Shown: positions 19,629 through 30,069 of the stretch, piece after piece
Position numbering within the stretch: position 1 is the stretch's first letter
Layout of the letters: each line of letters opens with the position of its first letter
Source of the DNA: an uncultured Spirochaetota bacterium
GTDB lineage: Bacteria > Spirochaetota > Spirochaetia > SZUA-6 > DRHE01
DNA length: 64,000 nt
Direction: 5' to 3'
Assembly: GCA_963745745.1 (NCBI GenBank)
Contig: CAVUYS010000017.1
Coordinates: forward strand, 17,734 to 81,733
Program-made: the position numbers and the translations under genes
Notes under the pieces: model-generated
What the model saw: only the letters and a program-made list of their open reading frames with translations
Databases searched by the model: none
What the model was told of the DNA's origin: nothing

Positions 19629-20504
19629 GCCGATGACTACCGAACGAATCAACATTCGATGAAAAAGCCAGGCGATGCGGCAAGCAGGGGCGGGCAGGGC
19701 CGGTCCTCGCGGCGGCAGCACTTCCTCCTGCTGCGCTCCCCAGCCCGGGATATCCTCCAGTTCGTTCTCCTGGTCGCCATCCTGATCTGGCTCCTGTTCC
19801 TGGGCGCCTCCCGCTCCGGCTACCGCTGGGAGTGGTACCGGGTTCCCCGCTACATCCTGGGCGTGGCCGAGGGCCGTCTGGTCGCGGGGCCCCTGCTGCA
19901 GGGGCTGGGGCTGACCCTGCGGATATCCGGAATCAGCCTGGTCCTGGCCTTCCTCATCGGCCTGGGCACCGCCCTGCTGCGGCTTTCAGACTCGCTGGTC
20001 GGCCGGGCGGTGGCCCGCGCCTACCTGGAATTGATCCGCAACACCCCGATGCTGGTGCAGCTGTTCGTGATCTACTTCATCCTGGGACCGATCCTCGGCA
20101 TCGAAAGGTTCCTCTCCGCGGTGCTGGCCTTGAGCCTGTTCGAGGGGGCCTACGCTTCCGAGGTGTTTCGGGCCGGCATCGTCTCGATCCAGAAGGGCCA
20201 GTGGCAGGCCTGCTACAGCCTGGGCCTGGGCGCGGTGGACACCTACCGCTTCGTGATCCTGCCGCAGGCCATCCGCCGCATCCTGCCGCCGCTCACCAGC
20301 CAGGCCGTGTCGCTGATCAAGGACTCCTCGCTGGTGAGCCTGGTGTCGCTGACCGACCTGACCCTGCAGGCCGGCATCGTGGTCTCCGAAACTTTCCTCC
20401 CCTTCGAGATCTGGTTCACCACCGCCGGACTGTACCTGTTGATCACGGTCAGCCTGTCCACGGTCGTGAGCAGGATGGAGCAGCGCTTCAAGATAGCGGG
20501 ATGA
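19614..20504 (+). CDS. Polar amino-acid ABC transporter permease (His/Gln/Glu/opine type); true start possibly M at 19659
   Basis: ..IRNTPMLVQLFVIYFILGP.. and EAA-like loop ..ACYSLGLGAVDTYRFVILPQAIRRILPPL.. Confidence 0.75.
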   Translation: MHIYTADDYRTNQHSMKKPGDAASRGGQGRSSRRQHFLLLRSPARDILQFVLLVAILIWLLFLGASRSGYRWEWYRVPRYILGVAEGRLVAGPLLQGLGLTLRISGISLVLAFLIGLGTALLRLSDSLVGRAVARAYLELIRNTPMLVQLFVIYFILGPILGIERFLSAVLALSLFEGAYASEVFRAGIVSIQKGQWQACYSLGLGAVDTYRFVILPQAIRRILPPLTSQAVSLIKDSSLVSLVSLTDLTLQAGIVVSETFLPFEIWFTTAGLYLLITVSLSTVVSRMEQRFKIAG

Positions 20505-20508
20505 GAAC

Positions 20509-21262
<754 letters not shown>

Positions 21263-21280
21263 AGGAAGAGGGAGGAAGAG

Positions 21281-22085
21281 ATGAGGAAAGCATGGGTTCT
21301 GGCGGTGATCGCGCTGGTCGCGATCGCTGGACTCGTCGGGGCGCAGGCCAAGGACAGCTTGATCGACGAGATCGCCAAGCGCGGCGTTCTGAAAGTCGGG
21401 GTGGACGTGTTCGTGCCCTGGGTCTTCAAGGACAAGACCGGCAACCTGGTCGGCTTCGAGATCGACGTGGCCAAGCGGCTGGCCCAGGAGATGGGCGTGA
21501 AGCCTGGAGTTCGTGGAGACCAAGTGGTCGGGCATCATCCCCGCCCTGCTCACCAACAAGTTCGACGTGATCATCGGCGGCATGGGCTCCACCACCGAGC
21601 GCAGCCTCAAGGTCAACTTCACCATTCCGTACGACTACTCCGGCATGTCCATCTGCGCCAACAAGAAGATGGCCCCGGGCTGGACCAGGCTGGAGGACTT
21701 CAACAAACCCAACGTCATCCTGACCGTGCGCACCGGCGCCACCCCCGTGGCCGCGGCCAAGAAGTTCATGCCCAAGGCGCAGGTGCGCCAGTTCGACGAC
21801 GAGGCCCAGGCCTACCAGGAAGTGGTCAACGGGCGCGCCCACGCCTGCGTATCCTCGCAGCCGGGGCCCGAGAACTGGGTCAACGAACACCCGGACGTGC
21901 TGTACCTGCCCTTGAGCGGCAAGACCTTCACCAAGGAGCCCATCGCCTTCGCATTGCGCAAAGGCGACCCGGAAGCGATCATCTTCTTCAACAACTGGAT
22001 CACCCGCATGGAGTGGGAAGGCTGGCTGGAGGAGCGTCACCAGTACTGGTTCACCGGCAACGAGTGGAAAAAACTCACCCAGTAG
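21281..22085 (+). CDS. Amino-acid ABC substrate-binding protein, family 3; frameshift near 21505
   Basis: Signal peptide MRKAWVLAVIALVAIAGLVGA, ..LKVGVDVFVPWVFKDKTGNLVGFEIDVAKRLA.., continuing ..TKWSGIIPALLTNKFDVIIGGMGSTTERS.. in ORF 21513-22085. Confidence 0.7.
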
Positions 22086-22099
22086 GAAGACTGCCTGAA

Positions 22100-22131
22100 C
22101 CGTCCGCCCCGAACGGGGGCGGGCGGTTTTT
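22100..22131 (+). terminator. Rho-independent terminator (ccgtccgcccc gaac gggggcgggcgg + TTTTT)
   Basis: Read directly, just after the SBP stop at 22085. Confidence 0.5.
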
Positions 22132-22141
22132 GGAGCCATAG

Positions 22142-23023
22142 GTGATCGGCCAAAGGGTCCGCTTCCGCTGGCTGGACGCGCTGATCATCGCGTTGCTGGC
22201 GGGCTTCGCCGCGTTCATCGGCTACCGGGTCACGGTGGGCCTGAACTACAAATGGCACTGGGCCTCGATTCCCCAGTACCTCGTGTTCCGGCACCCGGAC
22301 ACCGGCCGCTGGGCGGCCAACTACATCCTGCAGGGCCTGTTCACCACCCTGCGGCTTTCCCTCTGGGCCACCATCCTGGCCACCCTGATCGGGATCGTGC
22401 TGGGTGTGTTCCGCACCACCAGGAGCCTCTTTCTGCGGATGGTCGGGCGCACCTACGTGGAGATCATCCGCAACCTGCCGCCCCTGGTGCTGGTGTTCAT
22501 CTTCTATTTCTTCGTGGCCGACCAGCTCATGCCGCTGCTGGGCCTGGAGCCCCTGGTGCGCGCCCTCTCCCCGCGGACCCAGGCGGTGCTGGGGGCGCTG
22601 TTCGCCCCGGTGTCCCGCTTCACCCAGTTCATCTCCGCGGTGGTCACCATCGCGGTGTTCGAGGGCGCCTACATCACCGAGATCATCCGGGCGGGCATCG
22701 AGAGCGTGGAGCGCGGCCAGCGCGAGGCGGCTTACGCCCTGGGCCTGTCCTGGCTGGACCAGATGCGCCTGGTCATCCTGCCCCAGGCCATCAAGCGCAT
22801 CCTGCCGGCCCTGGCCGGGCAGTTCATCAGCACCATCAAGGACTCGGCCATCGTGGCCGCCATCTCCATCCAGGAGCTCACCTACCAGGGCATGCAGCTG
22901 GCCGTGAGCACCCACTTCACCTTCGAGGTCTGGCTCATGGTGGCCGTGCTGTACCTGGTGCTGACCCTGACCCTGTCCCTCGGAGTCAGCCGCCTGGAAA
23001 AGAAACTGCGCCAGAGCGACTAG
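22142..23023 (+). CDS. Polar amino-acid ABC transporter permease (second permease of the operon), GTG start
   Basis: ..IRNLPPLVLVFIFYFFVAD.. and ..AAYALGLSWLDQMRLVILPQAIKRILPAL..; 293 aa. Confidence 0.8.
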   Translation: MIGQRVRFRWLDALIIALLAGFAAFIGYRVTVGLNYKWHWASIPQYLVFRHPDTGRWAANYILQGLFTTLRLSLWATILATLIGIVLGVFRTTRSLFLRMVGRTYVEIIRNLPPLVLVFIFYFFVADQLMPLLGLEPLVRALSPRTQAVLGALFAPVSRFTQFISAVVTIAVFEGAYITEIIRAGIESVERGQREAAYALGLSWLDQMRLVILPQAIKRILPALAGQFISTIKDSAIVAAISIQELTYQGMQLAVSTHFTFEVWLMVAVLYLVLTLTLSLGVSRLEKKLRQSD

Positions 23024-23693
23024 AACGGACCCGGTTCAGGATCTCGGTGGCCGTGCGCCAGCCCAGCCCGAAGCGGCTGACCCCGCGGCGGGCCATCTCC
23101 AGCAGCGTCTCCAGCCCCCTCACCCCGCCGGCGGCCTTGATGCCGGCCCGCTCGCCCAGGCGCGCCTTGATCAGGGTCACGTTCTCCAGCGTCGCCCCGG
23201 TCTCGGCCCAGCCGGTGCCGGTCTTCACGAAGGCGGCGCCGCCCTCGACGGCCAGGTCGCAGCCGGCCAGGATCTGCTCGTCGCTGAGGTAGTGGCACTC
23301 CAGGATGACCTTCACCGGCAGGGGCCTCACGGCCTGGACCACGGCCCGGATGTCGTCCCGCACTTCGGCGGTCCGCCCGGAGAGCAGCTTGCCGATGTTG
23401 ATCACCATGTCGATCTCGGTGCAGCCCATTTCCACCAGCTCGCGGGCCTGGGCCGTCTTGAGGCGGGTGCTGTCCGAACCGGAGGGGAAGCTGACCACCC
23501 CGCCGGCGGCGGTCGTGGAGCCCTGGCCGAGAAGCTCGACCAGCAGAGGGGTCATGGACGGCAGGACGAAGGCCGCCACGCAGCCGAAGGCCAGGGCGGT
23601 TTCGGCCATCTTCCTCACGTCCTGCTCCGTGTCCTGGGCCTTGACCGCGCTCAGGTCGATCATCCGCGCGATCCGCTCCGCCGTGAGTATCAT
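22986..23693 (-). CDS. deoC: Deoxyribose-phosphate aldolase
   Basis: MILTAERIARMIDLSAVKAQDTEQDVRKMAETALAFGCVAAFVLP...KVILECHYL...FVKTGTGW typical DeoC blocks (catalytic K in FVKTGTG). Confidence 0.75.
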   Translation of the reverse strand: MILTAERIARMIDLSAVKAQDTEQDVRKMAETALAFGCVAAFVLPSMTPLLVELLGQGSTTAAGGVVSFPSGSDSTRLKTAQARELVEMGCTEIDMVINIGKLLSGRTAEVRDDIRAVVQAVRPLPVKVILECHYLSDEQILAGCDLAVEGGAAFVKTGTGWAETGATLENVTLIKARLGERAGIKAAGGVRGLETLLEMARRGVSRFGLGWRTATEILNRVRSSRSGAVSFPGG

Positions 23694-23697
23694 GGGT

Positions 23698-24864
23698 CTA
23701 CAGCCCGTGGGCGGTGGCCCGCTCGGCCACGATGGTCTCCAGCAGGGCCACGATGTTCTCCAGCGGCACGTCCTTCATCACTTCCTGCGACGGGGCGATC
23801 ACGTGCCCGCCCCCCTTGCCCAACAGGCGGATCACCTCCGCCGCCCCCTGGCGCACCTCCTGCGGCGTGCCGAAGGGCAGCAGCTTCTGCGTGTCGATCC
23901 CCCCCTGGAAGGTCAGATGCTTGCCGTACTTCTTCTTGATCAGCGGCAGGTCCATGCAGGGCTGCACCGGCTCGATGTAGTCCAGGCCGATGTCGATCAG
24001 CTCCGGCAGAAAGCTGGTGATGCACCCGCAGGAGTGCATCATCATGTACCAGCCCGCGTCCTTGTACACCTTGAACAGCTTCTTGTACTGCGGCTGCAGC
24101 AAGTCCCGGTACACCTGCGGCGGCACGAACGGCCCCACCTGCGTGCCCAGGTCGTCCCCCACGTGCCCGGCAGGGGCGAAGTCCATCTTCACGAAGCGCT
24201 TGGCCATCTCCACCTTGTAGTGGGTGATCTTGTCCAGCAGCTCGCTCACCATCTTCGGGGCCAGCAGCACGTTCTCGAACAGCCCCGGGATGCTCACCAT
24301 CCCGTAGGCCCGCTCGTACAGCCCGAAGTACCCCGAGGGAAACACGAAGTACTCCTGCCCGTAGGTCTGGATGTCCCGCGCGCACCACTCGAAGTTGCCT
24401 TTATGGTCCGGGTCCGGCGGGGTCCACTTGCGCACCCGCTGCTCCAGCGTGTCGGAGGTCACCGCGTCCCAGATCCGCTCCGGCATCCAGCGCTCGGCGA
24501 ACTTGCGCTCCTGCTTCTTCTCCAGCGGCGAGAAGCAGCAGAAAAACCCGTCCTCCCCGATCCTCACCCCCATGCCCCAGCTGTCGTAGACCACTTTCCC
24601 GGCCTCGTCCACCTTGCAGTAGCCCTCCGCCTCCAGCTCCTTCATCATCTTGAGGTCGTTGCGGAAGAACAGCGGGTAGTCGGCCTTGGCCAGGCTGATG
24701 ATCAGGTGGTTCTCCAGGTAGTCGTCCATGCTCTGGCTGGCCGGCAATTTGAGCGCCGCGTGCAGCTCCTTGTCCCGCGTGCGATCGGCCAGGGTGATCT
24801 GGCTGGGCAGATAGTCCATGTGCTCCCGCCGGATGGTGGCCAGCACCCTCTGTTTCTTGGTCAT
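23698..24864 (-). CDS. Uroporphyrinogen-decarboxylase (URO-D) family protein of the MtaA/MtbA/CmuA methylcobamide methyltransferase type
   Basis: 388 aa; MTKKQRVLATIRREHMDYLPSQI N-terminus and URO-D TIM-barrel blocks (..HSCGCITSFLPELIDIGLDYIEPVQP..). Good RBS ggagaggaga. Confidence 0.8.
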   Translation of the reverse strand: MTKKQRVLATIRREHMDYLPSQITLADRTRDKELHAALKLPASQSMDDYLENHLIISLAKADYPLFFRNDLKMMKELEAEGYCKVDEAGKVVYDSWGMGVRIGEDGFFCCFSPLEKKQERKFAERWMPERIWDAVTSDTLEQRVRKWTPPDPDHKGNFEWCARDIQTYGQEYFVFPSGYFGLYERAYGMVSIPGLFENVLLAPKMVSELLDKITHYKVEMAKRFVKMDFAPAGHVGDDLGTQVGPFVPPQVYRDLLQPQYKKLFKVYKDAGWYMMMHSCGCITSFLPELIDIGLDYIEPVQPCMDLPLIKKKYGKHLTFQGGIDTQKLLPFGTPQEVRQGAAEVIRLLGKGGGHVIAPSQEVMKDVPLENIVALLETIVAERATAHGL

Positions 24865-24879
24865 CAGGCTCTCCTCTCC

Positions 24880-26406
24880 TCACCCCTGGCTGCCGCCGAA
24901 AGCCAGGTGCAGCACGTTTTCCTTGGTGATTCTCTCCCCGGCGAGCTCGCCGGAGATCCGGCCCTGAAACATGACGATCACCCGGTCGCACTCGGCCACC
25001 ACTTCCTCCAGCTCCGAGGACACCAGGATGATCGACTTTCCCTCCTCCTCTTTCAGGCGGCGGAGGATCCTGAAGATTTCCGCCTTGGCCCCCACGTCGA
25101 CGCCGCGCGTGGGCTCGTCCATGATCAGGATTCCGGGATCCGTGGACAGGCTGCGGCCGATGATCAGCTTCTGCTGGTTGCCGCCGCTCAGGTTCTTGAC
25201 GTTCTGGGTCAGGGCGCTCAGCTTGATCGCCAGCCTCTGCACGTACTCTCGCGCGATGGCCAGGATCTTGCGGACCTGGACGAAACTCAGGACGGTGATG
25301 CTCTTATCGTGAATGACCGCCAGGTTGTCCTTGACGTCCAGGTTCCCGAACAGGCCCTGCCGCCTGCGGTCCTCGGGGATGAAGGCGAAGCCGCGGCGGA
25401 TGGCGTCCCTGGGGCTGCCGTTGACCAGAGGCTTCCCGTCCCGCAGCAGCTCCCCCGCGTCCTGCCGGTACATTCCGAACAGGGTCTGCATCAGCTCCGT
25501 GCGCCCCGCTCCCTGCAGGCCGTAGAAGCCCAGCAGCTCGCCGTGGTGCAGGCGGAAGCTCACCTCCCGGAAGTGCTTCCCGCGCGCCAGGCCGCGCACC
25601 TCCAGGGCCACTTCGGGGCAGGCGCAGTCCCGCTGGTGCGCGGGCGCGCCGAACTCCTTGGAGAGCTCCCGGCCGGCGATCAGGCTGACGATTTCCCTCG
25701 GGGTGGTCTTGTCCGCCTCGAAGGTCCCCAGGTACTTCCCGTCGCGCAGGACCGAAATCCGGTCCGTGACCTCGAACACTTCCTCCAGGCGGTGGGAAAT
25801 GAAGATGATGGTCATGCCCCGGGCCTTGAACTTGCGCAGGTTTTCGAAAAGGATCCGCGTCTCGTTGACCGTGAGCGAGGAGGTAGGTTCATCGAGGATG
25901 AGCACTTCGGTGTTCAGGTTGAGCGCCTTGGCGATCTCCACGATCTGCCGCTGGGCGATGGGCAGGCTCTTGACCGGGGCGCGGGTGCTGATGCGCACCC
26001 CGAAGGAGTCCAGCAGCGCCCCGGCCTTGCGGTGCATTTGCGGCCAGTGGATGGAAGCGCCGCGGCGCAGCTCCCGGCCCAGGAAGACGTTCTCCACCAC
26101 GCTCAGGTTCTCGCAGAGCATCAGCTCCTGGTACACGGTGGAGATCCCCAGACTCAAGGCGGCGCTCGGGTCGGGCACCTCGACGGGTCGGCCTTTGAAC
26201 AGGATCCGCCCCTCGTCGGGCGGGTACCAGCCCGAGAGGATCTTCATCAGGGTCGACTTGCCGGCCCCGTTTTCCCCGGCCACGGTGTGGATCTCCCCCC
26301 GGCGGATGGCGAAGCTCACCCCGTCGAGGGCCTGGACGCCGGGGAACTTCTTGGAGATGCCCTGGAAGACCAGGACCTCCTCGGCGCTCACTTCCGGCGC
26401 GACCAT
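24880..26406 (-). CDS. Sugar ABC transporter ATP-binding protein with duplicated NBDs (RbsA/MglA/XylG-like)
   Basis: GENGAGKSTLMKILSG..., LSGGNQQKLIIGRSL, two Walker A/B sets; C-terminal half of ORF 24880-27363. Confidence 0.85.
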   Translation of the reverse strand: MVAPEVSAEEVLVFQGISKKFPGVQALDGVSFAIRRGEIHTVAGENGAGKSTLMKILSGWYPPDEGRILFKGRPVEVPDPSAALSLGISTVYQELMLCENLSVVENVFLGRELRRGASIHWPQMHRKAGALLDSFGVRISTRAPVKSLPIAQRQIVEIAKALNLNTEVLILDEPTSSLTVNETRILFENLRKFKARGMTIIFISHRLEEVFEVTDRISVLRDGKYLGTFEADKTTPREIVSLIAGRELSKEFGAPAHQRDCACPEVALEVRGLARGKHFREVSFRLHHGELLGFYGLQGAGRTELMQTLFGMYRQDAGELLRDGKPLVNGSPRDAIRRGFAFIPEDRRRQGLFGNLDVKDNLAVIHDKSITVLSFVQVRKILAIAREYVQRLAIKLSALTQNVKNLSGGNQQKLIIGRSLSTDPGILIMDEPTRGVDVGAKAEIFRILRRLKEEEGKSIILVSSELEEVVAECDRVIVMFQGRISGELAGERITKENVLHLAFGGSQG

Positions 26407-27363
26407 ATGTCCAGGGCCACCGCGCCGATCAGCACCGCGCCAATGATGACCATCTGCACGAAGGGCGACACGCCCAGCAGCACCAGCCCGTTGCGCAGCA
26501 CGCCGAGCAGCAGCACTCCGATCAGGGTGCCGACGATCGTCCCCTCCCCCCCGCTCAGGCTGGTCCCCCCCAGGATGGTGGCGGCGATCACGTCCAGCTC
26601 CAGGCCCTGGCCGGCCGTGGACTGCACATTGCCGAGGAAGCCCGAGTTGATGGCCCCGCCGAAAGCGGCCAGGAAGCCCAGGATGGCGAAGGCCACGATC
26701 TTCACCAGCCGGACGTTGATGCCCGACACCCGGGCCGCCTCGGCGTTGCCGCCCACGGCGCGCATGCGGTAGCCGATGATGTTCTTCTGGTAGACCACGA
26801 AGCCGAACACCAGGACGAGCAGAAAGGCGATGGACATGGTGGGGACGGTGTCGAAGAGCTTGCCGCGCCCGATGAAGATGAAGGCCTCCAGGGCGGGGTC
26901 CTTGATCAGGCGGGGGATCAGCGGCACGACCATGCCCCCGTTGATCAGCATGGCCACGCCCCGGGCCATGTTCAGCATGCCCAGGGTGACGATCAGCGCC
27001 GGCACCCGCAGGAGGGTCACCAGCACGCCGTTGACCACCCCCGCCGAAGCGCCGATGGCCAGAGCCGGCCAGGATGGAGGCCCAGATCGGGATCCCGCGG
27101 GTCATCAGCACGGACATGGCCACCACGGACATGCCGTACACGGAACCCACCGACAGGTCGATCTCGCCGGAGACGATCACCATGGTCATGCCCACCGCCA
27201 GGATCCCGAGGATGGAGACCTGCCGGACGATGTTCATCAAATTGTCGACGGTCAGGAACACCCGGGTCGACACGGAGAACACGAGGACCAGGATCACCAG
27301 CCCGGCGAAGATCCCCATCTCCTTGGCCTTGAAGAGCGCCGCCAGGGGGCTGCGGGTCTGCAC
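26388..27363 (-). CDS. Sugar ABC transporter permease (RbsC/BPD_transp_2-like); frameshift near 27040
   Basis: N-terminus MQTRSPLAALFKAKEMGIFAGLVILVLVFS... (ORF 24880-27363 start), continuing ..VVNGVLVTLLRVPALIVTLGMLNMARG... in ORF 26388-27038. Confidence 0.7.
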
Positions 27364-27468
27364 CGGAAGTCGATTTGCTCATGGCCTGCCTACCCGTATT
27401 GAAATCGGGGCCGGCCTGTTCGGCCGGCCCCTGGCATTATATCCGATAGCCGGTGGGAAGCCAGGCGC

Positions 27469-28500
27469 TCAGCCGACCGGCTCCCCGTCCTTGATCTTCT
27501 GCAGCCACTCGTCCACGTTCTGCCGGTTCACCTCCACGATGCCGGTGTCGATGACCGTCGGCGGGGTGCCCTGGGTCAGGAGCTCGTAGAGCTGCTTCAC
27601 GGCCTCGTAGCCCTGCTTGTAGGGGTTCTGGCCGTAGGCGGTGGTGGTCCAGCCGTTCTTGATCTGGATGAGCTTCTCCTCGTACAGGTCGTGGCCGCTG
27701 CTCCAGATCGGCTTCTTGGAGTCCGCGTTGCCGACCTTCTTGTTCTCCATCAGGCGCCCCCACAGGTAATCGGTGCCGCCGAAGCTGATGTGGCCGGTGA
27801 CGTCGGGATGGGCGATGAAGGAGTTCTCCAGCGCCGCGTAGGCCGACTGCTCGTCGCCCTCGGCGTTGACCGTGTCCACGATCTTGATGTCCGGGTACTT
27901 GTCCAGCACCGACATGACCCCGTCCTGGCGCTTGCGCGACCAGATCGCGCCGATGGCCACCGAGGAGACGATGACCTTGCCCTTGGGGCCCATCTTGCTG
28001 ATCACGGACTCCGCGGTGGCGGCGCCCGCCAGGAACAGGTCCTCGCCCACGAAGCCGAGGCGGCCGGATTCCGGAGCGTCCACGTTGTTGCAGGTCACGG
28101 GGATGCCCGCCTTGAGGGCCTTCTGGATGACCGGGGTCATGCCCGGGATGTCCAGCACGGCCACGGAGATCCCGTCCACCTTCTTGGTGATCAGGTCCTC
28201 GACCACCTTGATCAGCGGCTCGGTCTCCCAGCTGGTCGGGCCGGTCATGTAGGCCTTGACCCCCAGCTCCTTGGCCGCCGCATCGACCCCCTGCTTGATG
28301 AACTGGGCGAAGGGGACGGTCACGTTCATGTACACGACCGCGATCTCGAGGTCCTTGGGCTTCTTGTTGGGAAGCTTGAACTCGTAGCCGTTCAGGCTGA
28401 CGGTCTTGCCCGAGCCGCCGCCTGCCTTGCTGCAGCCGCCCAGGAAGCCCAGGGTGGCCACGAAGGACAGCGCGATTAACACCGCGAGAAGCTTTTTCAT
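27469..28500 (-). CDS. Sugar ABC substrate-binding lipoprotein (periplasmic binding protein, RbsB-like fold)
   Basis: Lipobox LGFLGGCS after MKKLLAVLIALSFVAT; 343 aa; strong RBS aaggaggagaag. Confidence 0.8.
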   Translation of the reverse strand: MKKLLAVLIALSFVATLGFLGGCSKAGGGSGKTVSLNGYEFKLPNKKPKDLEIAVVYMNVTVPFAQFIKQGVDAAAKELGVKAYMTGPTSWETEPLIKVVEDLITKKVDGISVAVLDIPGMTPVIQKALKAGIPVTCNNVDAPESGRLGFVGEDLFLAGAATAESVISKMGPKGKVIVSSVAIGAIWSRKRQDGVMSVLDKYPDIKIVDTVNAEGDEQSAYAALENSFIAHPDVTGHISFGGTDYLWGRLMENKKVGNADSKKPIWSSGHDLYEEKLIQIKNGWTTTAYGQNPYKQGYEAVKQLYELLTQGTPPTVIDTGIVEVNRQNVDEWLQKIKDGEPVG

Positions 28501-28531
28501 CTTCTCCTCCTTAGGATTGATAATGAAGAGG

Positions 28532-28548
28532 AAGCAAGAACCAGGCCA
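28532..28548 (-). promoter_or_regulatory. Candidate sigma54 promoter (-24/-12: TGGCCTggttcTTGCT on the minus strand) about 35 nt upstream of the sugar-ABC SBP start
   Basis: Read directly; GG-N10-GC spacing matches the sigma54 consensus. An NtrC-family activator is encoded divergently. Confidence 0.4.
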
Positions 28549-28630
28549 GCCGGTCCAGCTCGCCTCGAACTAAGGGAAAAATTCTCTAACTTCATTCCGC
28601 AGAGGGAAATGCCGGAGCATCGAGCAGCAG

Positions 28631-28685
28631 TTGACAGCCGGTGGAAGTCCCCATATGATGGCGGTCGTGTGTAGAAAATACACAC
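28631..28685 (+). promoter_or_regulatory. Sigma70-type promoter TTGACA-17-TATGAT, then palindrome gtgtgta-gaaaa-tacacac at the predicted +1 (operator) upstream of the NtrC-family regulator
   Basis: Read directly. Confidence 0.5.
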
Positions 28686-28713
28686 ACAGTGTAAAATCGA
28701 AACACAGGTACCC

Positions 28714-30069
28714 ATGGCCCCCTGCATCCTGATCGTGGACGATAACCGCCGCCTGTGCGACAGCCTGGCGCAGAATTTCCAGGACCTGGGCCTGCCCACG
28801 GCCTGCGCCGGGAACCGGGCCGAGGCCCTCCGGCAGTTCGGCTCCGGCCGGATCGCGGCCGTGCTTCTGGACATCATGGTGGGCGAGGAGAACGGGATCG
28901 ACATTCTCGTCGACCTCAAGAAGGCCGACCCGGGCGTGCCCGTGATCATGATCACCGGCTATGCCACGGTGGACACCGCGGTGCAGGCCTTGAAACTGGG
29001 GGCCGCGGACTACGTCAAGAAGCCGCTGGACTTCGAGGTGCTGCACAAGATCGTCACCAACGCCATCCGGCTCTCCCGCCTGGCCGAGGAAAACCGGGGT
29101 CTGAAGAACCGCCTGCGGGAGCTGAAGCCCAGGTTCACCACCCGCAGTCCGCGCCTGCTGCAGCTGCTGGAGACGGTGCGCAAGCTGGCCGCCACCGAAC
29201 TGCCGGTGCTGATCACCGGGGAGAACGGCACGGGCAAGGAGCTCATCGCCGACGCCCTGCACGAGGGCTCCTCCCGCGCTTCGCGGAAGCTGCTCAAGGT
29301 GAACTGCGCCTCCTTCCCGGAAAGCCTGCTGGACAACGAGCTGTTCGGCCACGAGCGCGGCTCGTACACCGGGGCCGACTCCGCCTACCAGGGCCTGTTC
29401 GAGCAGGCCGGCGCCGGCACCCTGTTCCTCGACGAGATCGGGGACATGCCGCTGGCCATCCAGGCCAAGATCCTGCGCGCCCTGCAGAACAAGGAGATCC
29501 GCCGCATCGGCGGCACCCAGACCGTGGCCATCGACGTGCGCTTCATCACCGCCACCAACCGCAACGTCGAGAGCCTCATCGCCGCCAACCGTTTCCGCCA
29601 GGACCTGTACTATCGCCTGAGCGCCGCGGTCGTGTCGCTGCCTCCCCTGCGCGAGCACCTGGAGGATCTACCCGAGCTCTCCCGCGCCTTCGTGGAGGAG
29701 TACTGCCTTTCCAACTCCCTCCCCCTCAAGGAGCTGGAGCCGGCGGTGATGGGGGCCTTCCTGCGCCACCCCTGGCCCGGGAACGTGCGCGAGCTGAAAA
29801 ACAGCCTCAACTACGCCTGCGCCATCTGCTCCGGCCCCCGGATTTCCCTGGCCGACCTGCCGCCCGCCTTCCAGGGCGGGGCGGGCCCCGCCGGGAACGG
29901 GCTGAACGTGCGCGAGCAGGCCGAGAGGGACCTGATCATCAAGACCCTGCAGCTGGCCGGCTTCAACAAGCGCGCGGCCGCCCTGCGCCTGGCGATGAGC
30001 CGGAAAACCCTGTACAACAAGATCGCCCGCTATGGAATCGACGCCGGCAGCAACAATCGCGGCCTCTGA
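28714..30069 (+). CDS. Sigma54-dependent response regulator (NtrC family: REC + AAA+ sigma54-activator + Fis-type HTH)
   Basis: ILIVDDNRRL...D (REC), GENGTGKELIADALH, GAFTGA-region equivalent ..ELFGHERGSYTGA.., ..RELKNSLNYAC.., C-terminal ..NKRAAALRLAMSRKTLYNKI.. Confidence 0.9.
   Translation: MAPCILIVDDNRRLCDSLAQNFQDLGLPTACAGNRAEALRQFGSGRIAAVLLDIMVGEENGIDILVDLKKADPGVPVIMITGYATVDTAVQALKLGAADYVKKPLDFEVLHKIVTNAIRLSRLAEENRGLKNRLRELKPRFTTRSPRLLQLLETVRKLAATELPVLITGENGTGKELIADALHEGSSRASRKLLKVNCASFPESLLDNELFGHERGSYTGADSAYQGLFEQAGAGTLFLDEIGDMPLAIQAKILRALQNKEIRRIGGTQTVAIDVRFITATNRNVESLIAANRFRQDLYYRLSAAVVSLPPLREHLEDLPELSRAFVEEYCLSNSLPLKELEPAVMGAFLRHPWPGNVRELKNSLNYACAICSGPRISLADLPPAFQGGAGPAGNGLNVREQAERDLIIKTLQLAGFNKRAAALRLAMSRKTLYNKIARYGIDAGSNNRGL

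Noticed and set aside
24880-27363. 827-aa minus-strand ORF and 2263-4323 686-aa ORF
   Set aside because: Both are chimeras of two adjacent genes joined through junk frames (RbsC-like N-terminus + RbsA-like ATPase; epimerase #3 tail + epimerase #2). They are annotated as the individual genes instead.
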